The notes under the pieces were generated by a model. It ran no database searches. It was not told the DNA's origin and saw only the letters and a list, made by a program, of their open reading frames with translations. This document shows positions 1-10,345 of a stretch of 64,000 nucleotides of DNA, piece after piece. The first letter of the stretch is position 1, and each line of letters begins with the position of its first letter. A program made the translations under genes and the position numbers. Where the stretch lies: the NCBI GenBank assembly GCA_021734905.1, contig JAIPIB010000002.1, positions 111,386-175,385 on the forward strand. The letters are read 5' to 3'. Source of the stretch: Minisyncoccota bacterium. Lineage in GTDB: Bacteria > Patescibacteriota > Minisyncoccia > Phycocordibacterales > UBA918.

Positions 1-133
1 TTTGAGATATTGACGACAATGCTTTATCCATGGTATAATATATAGAGTATGGTTGCAGGTATGCTTGCCTGCTTTGATAATTCTCTCGAGAGGCCGGACA
101 AATGAACAGAGCAAAACAAACAGTGGTGTGGCG

Positions 134-436
134 ATGCAAAAGTGGCAACGACTCGCCCTTCTGCAGGCGAAATCTGGTGACTTTGGAATCACAGATGTCG
201 GTGAGGTTGTACACCTCGGCGGATCTACCAGCGATGCTGTGGTTGAGGGTGGCATCGTCACCTACGACAAGCAACTTACTTCAGGTGGCTTCTACAAAAA
301 GCCACTGGATGAACTCGCACAGAACATCGTGCGAGTGATAAAAAAGGACAACGCCGTGCATGGTGTGATTGACCAGTGCTTCTACAGAGGCCTGATCGTC
401 ACAACAAAAGGTCCAGCAGCATGGACTTGTACATAG
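134..436 (+). CDS. hypothetical protein (higher-GC than surroundings); start taken at internal Met of ORF 53..436
   Basis: ORF track; ~50% GC vs ~37% for neighbours; followed by intrinsic terminator; no recognisable motifs. Confidence 0.3.
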   Translation: MQKWQRLALLQAKSGDFGITDVGEVVHLGGSTSDAVVEGGIVTYDKQLTSGGFYKKPLDELAQNIVRVIKKDNAVHGVIDQCFYRGLIVTTKGPAAWTCT

Positions 437-456
437 TTTGCGCCAAGCAAACTAAA

Positions 457-488
457 GGGCTTACACACATCGTGTGTAAGCCCTTTTT
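457..488 (+). terminator. Rho-independent terminator (GGGCTTACACAC-atc-GTGTGTAAGCCC + TTTTT)
   Basis: perfect 12-bp stem followed by T5, read directly. Confidence 0.7.
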
Positions 489-534
489 ACTATCTATATT
501 TCAAACTAACATTATTCCCACTCTCAGCATTATC

Positions 535-1167
535 TCAACTACCGTTTTCGATCTTTGAAATCAGAGATTCGAAATCTGACTCATTGAGAAAATCCAGTTG
601 ATCTCTTTGTATTGTAAGAACCTTAGGTTTTATTTCATCACGATTGAAAAATGAAGTGTGCAGTTTATGAATTGGCAAAGCTTGGTTTTGGATAAATTCC
701 TCACTTTGGTCAAAATCCCTTCCTCCCCTTTTAATAAAGTCTCGAATTCCGCTTTCTTCTAATGAAAGAAAAATTACAACATCAGGCCATGGGAGAGTCT
801 GCTTATCAATAGTTGCAAGATCGTATATAACTTCACTTTCAAAATCTTTTGCTAGTGCATCTATATACAGCTGATAACTAATCCAAAAATTGTCTGTAAC
901 GACGACACTACCCTCCTCTTTCTTTTCTAAAGCACCCAAATACTCCTTGACGAGCTTATTGCGAAACCATGTTATGCGTTCTAAAGGGCGAATATTCTCT
1001 TGAATATCAATACGGATACGTTCTGGAAAATCTGACTCTTCTCCTTCTAGAATCGCCACTCCATTATAGTGTTGTGCTAATAGTTTAACGAGAAATGATT
1101 TCCCTGCTCGTGGGCCGCCGACTACAGAAATAATTTTTCCAACTTTACTCATATTTCTTGTTTTCAC
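535..1167 (-). CDS. P-loop NTPase, nucleoside/nucleotide kinase-like
   Basis: Walker A GGPRAGKS near N-terminus; ~210 aa kinase-sized; family assignment tentative. Confidence 0.4.
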   Translation of the reverse strand: MKTRNMSKVGKIISVVGGPRAGKSFLVKLLAQHYNGVAILEGEESDFPERIRIDIQENIRPLERITWFRNKLVKEYLGALEKKEEGSVVVTDNFWISYQLYIDALAKDFESEVIYDLATIDKQTLPWPDVVIFLSLEESGIRDFIKRGGRDFDQSEEFIQNQALPIHKLHTSFFNRDEIKPKVLTIQRDQLDFLNESDFESLISKIENGS

Positions 1168-1203
1168 TGGACTTCAATTACGCACTCTTGTGTAAATAAT
1201 TTC

Positions 1204-2493
1204 TTATATTGACTTCCACATTGCATCTTGACGAACAAGAAGATCTTCTGCAAGTTCAGGTTCTGCCATAAGCTCCTCTACAAAACGTTCAGCACGAATC
1301 GATTGAGACCCTTTCACCAAAAGCACATCTCCCGACTTAATGAAAGTCTGTAATTCTTTACCTGCCTGCAGCGCATCTTCAAACTCAAAAATATTTTTTT
1401 CTGACATTCCTTGTTCAATTGCACCTTTTGAAAAACTTCGTGCTCGAACGCCAATAGTTACCAAAATATCGGCTGATTTTGCAACGATACGTCCAATTCT
1501 TTCATGTTCACGGATAGAGAACTGCCCAAGCTCCATCATGTCTCCCATTACGGCGATACGCCGTTTAACCCCTCTCAGTTCGCTGAGGGTTGCAAGAGCT
1601 CTCTCTGAAGCAGTTGGAGAAGAATTATAAGTGTCATCGATAAGTAATGTATCCTTAATTCCTTGAATAAGTCTCATGCGACCTGGAGGAGGTAGATGAT
1701 CTCCAAGGGCTCTTTTGACTGACTCTACATCAATATTAAATACTGATGCCACCGCTGCTCCAGCAGCATAGTTGTATGCATGCTGAACCCCCAAGGATCC
1801 TCGCACAAACATAGATACTGTTTTATCAAGGTGTGTTAAGAGAAATTCTAAACCGACTGCTTTTCCGTTTTCATAAATTACTTTATCGGCTGATGCTGTA
1901 AATGGAGAAAAAGAATATCTACTGTATCCAATTGATTGCTGTATCGTCTCCTCCACAACCTTCAGTATTCTCTCGTCGTCTTGATTATAGACGAGAACAC
2001 CATCGGGCTTAAGTGCGTTTACAAGCTTCTGTTTTTCCAGCGCAACAGCCTCAGGAGAATCAAAATATTCAACATGAACTGGAACATCAGGCAGACGCGA
2101 AAGAATAACGACATCAGGCCTTATCCATGATGTAAGCCTGTCCATATCTCCTGGTCGGTCAACGCCCATTTCTAAAATAAGAGTTTTAGGGTAGATTCCC
2201 GGATGAAAAGCTATTACTGCACCATCAAAAATATTCTTTAACCATAAAAAGGGATTGCTCCATGCATTAGGTAACCCGAGCACAGAAAGTGGTACTCCAA
2301 TTTCGGAATTGAAGCTCTTCTCACTTTTTCTAACATGCATGCTATCTTTCAGGATTTCATACACAACATCCTTAATCGACGTTTTCCCAACACTTCCCGT
2401 GATTGCAATAATGTATGGGTGAGTACGACGCAAAAGTATTTTCGCCTCGAAACTGAGGATTGCAATAATAATTTTTTTGAGAAATTCTTTCAT
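1204..2493 (-). CDS. murF: UDP-N-acetylmuramoyl-tripeptide--D-alanyl-D-alanine ligase MurF (Mur ligase)
   Basis: Mur ligase P-loop ITGSVGKTS; DDTYNSSP motif (cf. DDSYNANP); directly downstream of ftsI in dcw order. Confidence 0.8.
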   Translation of the reverse strand: MKEFLKKIIIAILSFEAKILLRRTHPYIIAITGSVGKTSIKDVVYEILKDSMHVRKSEKSFNSEIGVPLSVLGLPNAWSNPFLWLKNIFDGAVIAFHPGIYPKTLILEMGVDRPGDMDRLTSWIRPDVVILSRLPDVPVHVEYFDSPEAVALEKQKLVNALKPDGVLVYNQDDERILKVVEETIQQSIGYSRYSFSPFTASADKVIYENGKAVGLEFLLTHLDKTVSMFVRGSLGVQHAYNYAAGAAVASVFNIDVESVKRALGDHLPPPGRMRLIQGIKDTLLIDDTYNSSPTASERALATLSELRGVKRRIAVMGDMMELGQFSIREHERIGRIVAKSADILVTIGVRARSFSKGAIEQGMSEKNIFEFEDALQAGKELQTFIKSGDVLLVKGSQSIRAERFVEELMAEPELAEDLLVRQDAMWKSI

Positions 2494-2503
2494 GTATTTA
2501 TAA

Positions 2504-4213
2504 CTATCTATCCGGCTGTAGCTCGTAGTAATTAATCAAAAATTGGACCAGGCCTAAAAAAGGGTCAGTTAAAGTCTCAGATGCATAACGAACACCCTTT
2601 GGTTCAACAGTATACAGGAAAATCAAAAATTTCGGGTCATATGCAGGGAAATAGCCGAAAAATGAGTGCAGGTACCTGTCATCATAGTAACCACCATTTA
2701 CGGGATCTGCAATCTGGGCAGTTCCCGTCTTTGCAGCAACAGTATAGTATGGGTTCTTTGCTTTCCCTCCCTTTAGGGCGACATCAACAACGTTTACGAG
2801 CATCCGTGTAATATCCTCACTCGTTTCGACTTTAAAAACACGATCTCCTTGTGCGTAGCCATTAACATTTGTTTTTCCATTTTCGTACTCAATAGATTTC
2901 ACAAGATGGGGTGTAATGAGAACACCTCCATTGGCTAGTGTTGAAAGTGCTCTTACTGCCCCAATTGGTGTTAGAGCGATACCTTGACCAAAGGAAGCTG
3001 TTGCGAACTCTACTTCCCTCGGGCTTTCAAGATTTTTTACAAGTCCATGTCCTTCATTGGGTAAATCAATCCCCGTCTCAGAGCCAAGCTTCAAACCGTA
3101 AAAATATTTTTTAAATCTTTCCTTACCTAAACGGGCAGCAATATGTGCAACGCCGGTATTGAGTGACTGATTGAGCACCTCCTGCATACTTACTGTACCT
3201 CGTCCACGTCCATCATAGTTCTTTATTGTATAGTCACTCAACGTGAGAAAACCAGCGTCATAATAGGTAGATTCTGGGCGAATAACACCTGCATCAAGTC
3301 CCGCAGCTACCGTAAGTGGCTTGATTATTGAACCGAGCTCATACACATTTTCCACCAGTGGATTTCGAAATGCTTCAATCCCAACTCCTGCTCGATTATT
3401 TAAATCAAAGGAAGGAACAACATTAAGTGCAATAATTTCCCCACTCATTGGGTTAATTATTATTCCCCCAGTAAGTTCACTTTGCCATTTTGTCTGCGCT
3501 TCCTCAAGTGCCTTATCAAGTGCCCGAGCGACCGTTGGTTCAATTGTTGTCACAATGTCGCCTGCACTAGTGTCAGTTGAGTCAAAAATGAGATCTCCCA
3601 AATTACTAAAAATCTCCGCAAAAAAATTTACCGACAAACGCTCATTGTCACGCTTCAGTGTGTCATCGTAATAACGCTCAAGACCATACTTACCCACAAG
3701 TGTATCCTCGTTATACCCAACAAATCCAATCGTTCTGGCGCCTAAAGATTTCCCTGGATAATATCTCCACTGATTGCGATACATCTTAACTCCTTTTAGA
3801 TGTAAGGCTAGAATTTTATCAGCTGACTCATTATCAACTTGTTTCTCAATTTCCTGATAGGTTTTCTCCTTTTTACTTGCGCGATCAAAAAAATTCTTAC
3901 TATCAATTTCCACTACTGCAGAAAGAGCATCATAAGTTTCTTGTAAGTTTACTATTTTACTTGGATCAATAGCAAGGAGATATCCAGTTTCAATATTTGC
4001 CGCTGCTATCTTTTCATTATTTTTAGTTGAAAAATATATACTTCCCCTCTTAAAAAGATCACGTACAGTGTGCACATACTGACCTTCCCCATCAGCACGA
4101 TACTCAGCTCCATGAATGACCTGAACATAATACAAACGTATAACAAGAACAAGGAGAAGGATAACTACTGCAGATGTGATGAGTCGAATTCTCGATATTG
4201 CATCTCTTCTCAT
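2504..4213 (-). CDS. ftsI: class B penicillin-binding protein FtsI/PBP3 (transpeptidase)
   Basis: N-terminal TM anchor; SIIKP (SxxK), SLN (SxN), KTGT motifs; dcw cluster position. Confidence 0.85.
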   Translation of the reverse strand: MRRDAISRIRLITSAVVILLLVLVIRLYYVQVIHGAEYRADGEGQYVHTVRDLFKRGSIYFSTKNNEKIAAANIETGYLLAIDPSKIVNLQETYDALSAVVEIDSKNFFDRASKKEKTYQEIEKQVDNESADKILALHLKGVKMYRNQWRYYPGKSLGARTIGFVGYNEDTLVGKYGLERYYDDTLKRDNERLSVNFFAEIFSNLGDLIFDSTDTSAGDIVTTIEPTVARALDKALEEAQTKWQSELTGGIIINPMSGEIIALNVVPSFDLNNRAGVGIEAFRNPLVENVYELGSIIKPLTVAAGLDAGVIRPESTYYDAGFLTLSDYTIKNYDGRGRGTVSMQEVLNQSLNTGVAHIAARLGKERFKKYFYGLKLGSETGIDLPNEGHGLVKNLESPREVEFATASFGQGIALTPIGAVRALSTLANGGVLITPHLVKSIEYENGKTNVNGYAQGDRVFKVETSEDITRMLVNVVDVALKGGKAKNPYYTVAAKTGTAQIADPVNGGYYDDRYLHSFFGYFPAYDPKFLIFLYTVEPKGVRYASETLTDPFLGLVQFLINYYELQPDR

Positions 4214-4220
4214 AATAAAA

Positions 4221-4535
4221 CTAATTCTTCGATAGAACGAGTGTTGCCTTAGTTCTGTCTATAAAAGTTTTTTTAGTAGATACGACAAAACCCTGATGCG
4301 TTGCTATTTCTGTACTCACTTCGTATTGCATTTCAATGTACTTTGATTCAAGCTGTCCCAGGACTGTACTCATTGAACTAATTTCAGAATCAATCTCTTT
4401 TCGTATGACGACATTCATAACTGAATTACTTAAAAAATATATGTAGGCAAAAAAAGCGACCATAAAGAATGCGAGACTAAAGTAAAAGAACCTTGATTCT
4501 TCCTTATATGCTGCTGTTTTTGTGTTTCGTTTCAT
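4221..4535 (-). CDS. ftsL: cell division protein FtsL-like (single TM + coiled coil)
   Basis: 104 aa, one TM helix, between rsmH and ftsI. Confidence 0.55.
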   Translation of the reverse strand: MKRNTKTAAYKEESRFFYFSLAFFMVAFFAYIYFLSNSVMNVVIRKEIDSEISSMSTVLGQLESKYIEMQYEVSTEIATHQGFVVSTKKTFIDRTKATLVLSKN

Positions 4536-5425
4536 ATTTTTTCAAAAACTCTGAGTTTGGCGCTTCTTGCTCGGGGGTTCCGTGCCACTTCTTCTCTCGA
4601 TGCAATAATGGGTTTTTTGTTCACTACTGTGCCTATATGATCATGTGAATAGTTTCGAAAAAGGTGTTTTACAATCCTGTCCTCAGTACTGTGAAATGTG
4701 ATGACTGCGAGTCTTCCTCCTGCTTTCAAGTGCGCAATTGACTTGATAAGGAAATTTTCAAGTGCGTCGAACTCATCATTGACTGCAATACGTAGGGCTT
4801 GGAATGTTTTTGTTGAAGCATTGATTTTCCCTCTTTTATAGAAACTTGGCACTGCCTCTTCTATTACCGAGACAAGATCAAATGTCGTCTCAAATGGTGT
4901 TTTCTCTCGTCGTTCGACTATATGTCTAGCGATACGTCCTGAAAATTGTTCCTCACCATATCCCTTAAGAACATTTTTGATGTCTGTTTCTTTCCACTCA
5001 TTGAGAATGTCTTTTGCTACAAATGCATACGTACTTGGGTCCCCAAAGGTCATGATAAGTGGCTCGTCTACTTGGAATGAAAATCCCCTACCATTACCAC
5101 TAAACTGTTCCATTCTCCACCCAAGGTCTGCAAGAATTGCATCAGCTTTTTCGATATGTAATTGTTCTAAAATTGAGTTTATATCTCTGAAGTTACCAAC
5201 CCGGAGTTCAACATGACATAATGCTTCTGAAAAGGTTTTTTGACCTTCCAAAATTGCCTGTTGGTCCGCGTCGATACCGATGAACAATCCATCTTTTTCC
5301 AACTTCGAAACAATGTTTCGAGCGTGGCCAGATGAACCGAGTGTTGCATCGATTATTACTCCAGATGATTTGATCGCGAGTGCTTCCACCGCTTCATCTA
5401 TAAGTACTGTTATGTGTGGTTTCAT
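4532..5425 (-). CDS. rsmH: 16S rRNA m4C1402 methyltransferase RsmH (MraW)
   Basis: N-terminal VLIDEAVEAL...DATLGSSGHARNI signature of MraW; follows mraZ. Confidence 0.85.
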   Translation of the reverse strand: MKPHITVLIDEAVEALAIKSSGVIIDATLGSSGHARNIVSKLEKDGLFIGIDADQQAILEGQKTFSEALCHVELRVGNFRDINSILEQLHIEKADAILADLGWRMEQFSGNGRGFSFQVDEPLIMTFGDPSTYAFVAKDILNEWKETDIKNVLKGYGEEQFSGRIARHIVERREKTPFETTFDLVSVIEEAVPSFYKRGKINASTKTFQALRIAVNDEFDALENFLIKSIAHLKAGGRLAVITFHSTEDRIVKHLFRNYSHDHIGTVVNKKPIIASREEVARNPRARSAKLRVFEKI

Positions 5426-5436
5426 ACTTGTTGCTT

Positions 5437-5871
5437 TTAGAGGATTCCGATCTCACCGAGTTTTTCAGCAAGTGCATCAGCTTGTCCTTCAATACGCTGT
5501 TTGTATTCAGTCCACCGATTCTCATCCCACATTTCTACACGATCATAGATACCTGCGAGAACTACTTTTGAAGTAAGTCCTGCAAATACTTTTAAGAAAT
5601 CAGGAACGAGAATTCTCCCAACAGAATCTACCTCCACCTCTACTGCTCCCGAGAGAAAAAATCTATTGAATCCTCTCGTATCCGCTTGTCCGAGTGGAAG
5701 TTGACCAATTTTTTCAGTGATCTTCTTCCACTCCTTCAAGGGATATACAAAGAGACAGTTATCAAGTCCGCGAGTAACGACAAGACTCTTACCAAGTTCC
5801 TTCCTCCATTTAGAAGGTAAGGACAGCCGCTTCTTGGCATCGATATTGTGTGTGTACTCTCCAATTAACAT
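5437..5871 (-). CDS. mraZ: transcriptional regulator MraZ (start moved to internal ATG giving MLIGEYTHNIDAKKRLSLP)
   Basis: typical MraZ N-terminus (M-x-x-G...D.KGR-like); upstream GTG start of the ORF track unlikely. Confidence 0.8.
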   Translation of the reverse strand: MLIGEYTHNIDAKKRLSLPSKWRKELGKSLVVTRGLDNCLFVYPLKEWKKITEKIGQLPLGQADTRGFNRFFLSGAVEVEVDSVGRILVPDFLKVFAGLTSKVVLAGIYDRVEMWDENRWTEYKQRIEGQADALAEKLGEIGIL

Positions 5872-5901
5872 GTGATTGTGACCTTGGATTAAACTCGACA
5901 C

Positions 5902-5990
5902 TGATTAAACTATTTGCATAGTCTACCACTATCTCCCACCACATGTAAATTATATACCACTTCGCCCCACCGTCCACCACTGTTATACAC
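5902..5990 (-). promoter_or_regulatory. mraZ/dcw promoter region: TATAAT -10 (minus strand, complement of 5949-5954) flanked by multiple GTGG/GTGGG direct repeats (candidate MraZ boxes)
   Basis: minus-strand reading: GTGGTGGACGGTGGGGCGAAGTGG-TATATAAT-TTACATGTGGTGGGAGATAGTGGTAG; MraZ is known to bind GTGGG-type direct repeats in its own promoter. Confidence 0.45.
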
Positions 5991-6006
5991 AAATCTGTGT
6001 ATAACT

Positions 6007-6039
6007 AAAAACCCCAACAGTGAGACTGTTGGGGTTTTT
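6007..6039. terminator. bidirectional intrinsic terminator (A4-CCCCAACAG-tgaga-CTGTTGGGG-T5); terminates lysS on minus strand
   Basis: 9-bp GC-rich stem flanked by A-run and T-run. Confidence 0.7.
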
Positions 6040-6219
6040 AGTTATACCGTTCCTGTCATTTTTTACTAGTCCGTCCAGAATGCCACGTCCGCTTGTGGTG
6101 TGGATGAATGGACAAATATATAGTTTCGGCGGAGCTGAATTTTCTGCTAGCACAAACACCCTGATTCTGCCCGCGTAATGCCCCGTCAGCTTGCTGCGGG
6201 GATAGCGAGGCAGATGTTT

Positions 6220-7749
6220 TTACTTCTCATCCTCCCTTGGACGCATCAATGGAAAGAGCTGCACTTCACGAAGAGGTCGATCCTCAAAAATTGCAAAGAG
6301 CCGCTCACCAAAACCAAAACCGCACGCAGGTGGCATTCCATGTTCAAGCATTTCAATGAACTCACTATCAGGCATCATTGCCTCTTCATCTCCACTCTTT
6401 AGTAATTCTTGTTGTACATCAAAACGGACCTGTTGTTCAATTGGATTATTCAATTCAGAATATCCGTTCCCCACTTCCGTTCCTGCGATTAATGGTTGGA
6501 AACGTTGCGTTGCATCTTGATTACCTACAACTTCTTTTGCAAGTGGTGAAACAAGTTTTGGATGATTAACAAGGAAAGCAGGTCCGGAGATATTTTTTCT
6601 ACAATACTTCCACAGTGTATCCATAAGGCGTTCTTTTGTTTCTCCATCGTAATTTACGCCCAACTCTTTCAGCTTAATCTTAATCTCATCCTCTGAAGCT
6701 GAATTTGGATTAATGCCAGTCTGTTTCAAAATCTCTTCTGTGTAATCAACAAGCAACCAATCATCAGCAAGATCGAACGTATGCTCTCCTCGAGTAAAAA
6801 CAGTTTTACCATAAACCTCCTGTGCAATTTTTCGATACAGGTCAGTAACCAATCTCATTCCATCGTCATAATTTGCAAATGCTTGATAGCATTCCATATT
6901 TGTAAATTCTTGAAGATGGTTAGGGCTAGTCCCCTCGTTTCGAAAGATGTGTCCAATTTCGAATGTCTTTTCGAATCCTGCAGCGAGCAATCTTTTCTGC
7001 CATAACTCTCCCACACTTATCCGAAGATATACATCCATATCAAAATCATTATGATGAGTCACAAATGGACGAGCCTCAGCACCACCCGTTGTTACCTCTA
7101 GTGTAGGTGTTTCAACTTCCATAAATCCATGCTCCTTCATGAAGCTTCGTGTTACATCCCAGAACTTTTCTTTTCTCTTGAATAGCATCCTTAGATCAGG
7201 GTGCGTAAGAAGATCAAGATATCGTTTTCTAAATCGTTCCTCCTCATTTTGAAGCCCGTGAAACTTGTCTGGTAAAGGAAGAAGACTTTTTGATAACATT
7301 ACCCACTTCTTTGCAAGAATAGACTCCTGCCCAGTTTGGGTTAAAAAAAGTGTACCGCGGATCTCAATAAAATCACCTGAGTCTACAACACTCTTAAAAA
7401 GAGCAAAATCAGCAGGATCCATTGTGTCTTCCTTAAAGACTGCCTGGAATTTTGCGGTACCATCCTCAAAATCAAGAAATACAATCGCCCCTTGTCCGCG
7501 AGTTATGAGTACACGACCAACAAGAACAACTTCCACACTTCCTGTACTGAGTTCTTCAAATGATTCAAACGCATTAAGAATACTGTGGGTGCGTGCAGTC
7601 GTTGCTGGGTACGCTTCATACCCATGATCAGTTAAGATCTTAAGCTTTCTTACACGTTCTGCTCGTATTTCTTCTATGGCTGACATAGATGCTATAGTAC
7701 CGTTTAATGGAGTAAATGAAAAGTGCCCGGAAGCAAAGCTTTCGGGCAC
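6220..7749 (-). CDS. lysS: lysyl-tRNA synthetase (class II)
   Basis: N-terminal OB-fold anticodon-binding region plus class II core motifs (FLDFEDGTAKFQ, MECYQAFANYDD); ~500 aa. Confidence 0.9.
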   Translation of the reverse strand: MPESFASGHFSFTPLNGTIASMSAIEEIRAERVRKLKILTDHGYEAYPATTARTHSILNAFESFEELSTGSVEVVLVGRVLITRGQGAIVFLDFEDGTAKFQAVFKEDTMDPADFALFKSVVDSGDFIEIRGTLFLTQTGQESILAKKWVMLSKSLLPLPDKFHGLQNEEERFRKRYLDLLTHPDLRMLFKRKEKFWDVTRSFMKEHGFMEVETPTLEVTTGGAEARPFVTHHNDFDMDVYLRISVGELWQKRLLAAGFEKTFEIGHIFRNEGTSPNHLQEFTNMECYQAFANYDDGMRLVTDLYRKIAQEVYGKTVFTRGEHTFDLADDWLLVDYTEEILKQTGINPNSASEDEIKIKLKELGVNYDGETKERLMDTLWKYCRKNISGPAFLVNHPKLVSPLAKEVVGNQDATQRFQPLIAGTEVGNGYSELNNPIEQQVRFDVQQELLKSGDEEAMMPDSEFIEMLEHGMPPACGFGFGERLFAIFEDRPLREVQLFPLMRPREDEK

Positions 7750-7779
7750 TTTTCTAGATTATTATTTATACCTTACTTT

Positions 7780-8253
7780 CTATACAACTTTTAAAACGGT
7801 ATATGTCTGCTTTCCTCCAGGTGTTTCAAACGTAAATGTATCTCCTTTTGCCTTGCCCATAAGTGCCTCACCAAGTGGTGAAAGATACGACAATTTATGA
7901 TCGTGGATATTTGCCTCTTCAGATCCGACGATTGTGTATGTGTGACTTCCCTCTTCTTTTTCTTTCTTGATGGTAACTCCTGAGCCAAGCCCAACGACAT
8001 CTCCTTTCTGTGTATGAGCAATAATTTTCGCTTCCTTAATCACCTGCTCAAGGTATTGAATACGCTCCTCAATAGCAGCTTGCATATCACGAGCTTCTTG
8101 ATATTCAGCATTTTCTGAAATATCACCGAGACTTCGTGCATATTCCAAAGATTCAGCAACTTCTTTTCTACGGACCGTTTTTAGATGTTCAAGTCCTTTT
8201 TTAAGTTCTTCGAATTTTTCCTGTGTTAAAAACGAATCGCGGGGTTCACTCAT
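7780..8253 (-). CDS. greA: transcription elongation factor GreA
   Basis: 157 aa; coiled-coil N-term with LGDISENAEYQEARD motif, FKBP-like C-term. Confidence 0.9.
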   Translation of the reverse strand: MSEPRDSFLTQEKFEELKKGLEHLKTVRRKEVAESLEYARSLGDISENAEYQEARDMQAAIEERIQYLEQVIKEAKIIAHTQKGDVVGLGSGVTIKKEKEEGSHTYTIVGSEEANIHDHKLSYLSPLGEALMGKAKGDTFTFETPGGKQTYTVLKVV

Positions 8254-8393
8254 ATATTTTATAACAAATTAGACTACCCAGAGAAACACATGCTGTGGCA
8301 AAGAAAATCATTTCTTTAGCATCTATATTCGTATGGTGACACAATTATACGTAGACCTCCCCGATAGTCAAATGTGGAAAAAAATTTGAGGCT

Positions 8394-10076
8394 CTACTTA
8401 AGATATTCAGGTCTGTTTATAGCCATCCAATCGAAGACTTTTCCCATAACAGACCCTGCCCCAACAGTGTTGCTTCTTGGTCCATATTCCATAAATAATA
8501 TAAAAGCATACTTCGGTTTGTCATAAGGAAAATATCCAGCAATCCAAGAATTAACATGTGCCTTCGATGCTCCCAACTCTGCTGTTCCTGACTTTGCTGC
8601 AATTTGTATATCATCTCGTTCAAGGGCGCGGGCCGTCCCTCTGTCTTGAGTGACCGTTCTGCGCATACCTTCAGTAATAACCTTCAATGAAGACTCATTG
8701 AGATTTAATTGTGTCGTTGCACCTTGTTCACCCTTAATCAATTGCGGAGTAACCAAAGTCCCACCATTAGCTATTGCGGCGTACGCTCGGAGCATCTGTA
8801 TTGGAGTTATTTGAAAACCAAATTGTCCAATTGCCGTTAAGTAGGTATCTCCGAGCCTCCATTCATCATCAAAAATTTTCTTTTTCCATTCAGGATTTGG
8901 TACAACACCAGCAAGTTCCCCTTTTAAAGCTATCCCTGTCTGGCTGCCAAGGCCAAACAGTCTCATGTATTTATTAATGTTTGTAATACCAAGTCCCTTC
9001 TGATCACCAAAACCTCCCCCAATAATATAAAAATATACGTTTGAGGAATATGCGATTGCGTCACGCATAGTCATTGCTCCTTGGACACGCCAATCGTTAA
9101 ATACTGCCGGATTACTGGGATTATAAGGATTGGGCACAGTCAACGATCCTGTACTCACAATAATCTTCATCGGATCTATAACTTTTTCCTGAAGTGCGCC
9201 GTAGGCAACAAATGGTTTAACGATAGATCCAGGTGTATACAAACCACCTGTCACTTTATTGAGAAATGGAAACCGAGGGTCATTATTATACGAAGCGATA
9301 AGTTCACGATTATCTCCATCAGCAAGAACTTCGGGATCAAATGAAGGGTAGCTAGTAAGTGCAACAATTTCTCCCGAATTAATATCAATCATCGCGCCAG
9401 CACCACTGCGAAAACCATTTTTTATGGTTGTTGTTGCAATGAGATCATGCATTGCTTCTGAAAGAGCTGCATCAAGTGCTAAAGTAATTGCTTCACCTGG
9501 ATTGGGATCTAAAACTGCCGTACCAGAAATTTTTTCTCCATGCACGTTAACCTCCATTAGTTGCTTTCCATTTTCACCTCGTAGAATATTGTCATACGTC
9601 TCCTCAATTCCATTGTTTCCAAAATATTCTGTCCTAAAGTAAATGCCAGACTTATCTTTCTGCGGATAACTCACATAACCAATAAATTGACCAAATCCTC
9701 TTCTGTCTGTATATGCGCGCACAGGAAAGTCATACTGGCCTGATGCATCATGTTCATTCCACGCAACCAATTCTCCAAACCGGTCATAAATAATTCCGCG
9801 CTCTGCAACAATGAGCCCAGACTCAAACCGGTTTGACTCACTTTTTTCTTTGAGTGCAGCACCTTGTATAATCTGCAAATTGAACAGCTGAACAAAAAAT
9901 ACCCCCGCAACTAGAAAAAAAACAAAACCGACAATATAGACGCTCCTATCAGAGAGAGGCAACTCTATCCTCCCTTCCATTCTGCTTGTATTAAAAGAAG
10001 GTAAGTTTGAAGAATCAAGGAGAATTTCCTCAAATGAAATATCTTGTTTTCGTTTTCTAAAAAAGGACATAAACAA
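8394..10076 (-). CDS. mrdA: penicillin-binding protein 2 (MrdA, elongasome transpeptidase)
   Basis: TM anchor; SIVKPF (SxxK), SSN, KSGTAE motifs; follows mreBCD. Confidence 0.85.
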   Translation of the reverse strand: MFMSFFRKRKQDISFEEILLDSSNLPSFNTSRMEGRIELPLSDRSVYIVGFVFFLVAGVFFVQLFNLQIIQGAALKEKSESNRFESGLIVAERGIIYDRFGELVAWNEHDASGQYDFPVRAYTDRRGFGQFIGYVSYPQKDKSGIYFRTEYFGNNGIEETYDNILRGENGKQLMEVNVHGEKISGTAVLDPNPGEAITLALDAALSEAMHDLIATTTIKNGFRSGAGAMIDINSGEIVALTSYPSFDPEVLADGDNRELIASYNNDPRFPFLNKVTGGLYTPGSIVKPFVAYGALQEKVIDPMKIIVSTGSLTVPNPYNPSNPAVFNDWRVQGAMTMRDAIAYSSNVYFYIIGGGFGDQKGLGITNINKYMRLFGLGSQTGIALKGELAGVVPNPEWKKKIFDDEWRLGDTYLTAIGQFGFQITPIQMLRAYAAIANGGTLVTPQLIKGEQGATTQLNLNESSLKVITEGMRRTVTQDRGTARALERDDIQIAAKSGTAELGASKAHVNSWIAGYFPYDKPKYAFILFMEYGPRSNTVGAGSVMGKVFDWMAINRPEYLK

Positions 10077-10334
10077 TTATTTATAAAATTTAACGTATGG
10101 TTTGCCGTATAGACTTAAAACGTATAGCACACTCGCAACAAGTGTGTATTGATACCAGAGACCAATCTGTTCTCCGCTGAAGAAAATATCGACAAGGACA
10201 GCTAGGATCAGAAGCTCATACGGAGTCCATATGAGCGCATAGAAAAATGCGGCAATAATAAACACCTCCAATGGTGTGAATAGCGTCACAAGAAAAATTC
10301 CAATGAAGCAACTTATTCGAAGAAATACATACAT
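10077..10334 (-). CDS. mreD: small polytopic membrane protein, probable short MreD
   Basis: 85 aa, 2-3 TM, located between mreC and mrdA where mreD normally sits. Confidence 0.4.
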   Translation of the reverse strand: MYVFLRISCFIGIFLVTLFTPLEVFIIAAFFYALIWTPYELLILAVLVDIFFSGEQIGLWYQYTLVASVLYVLSLYGKPYVKFYK

Positions 10335-10345
10335 AGAAATATTTT

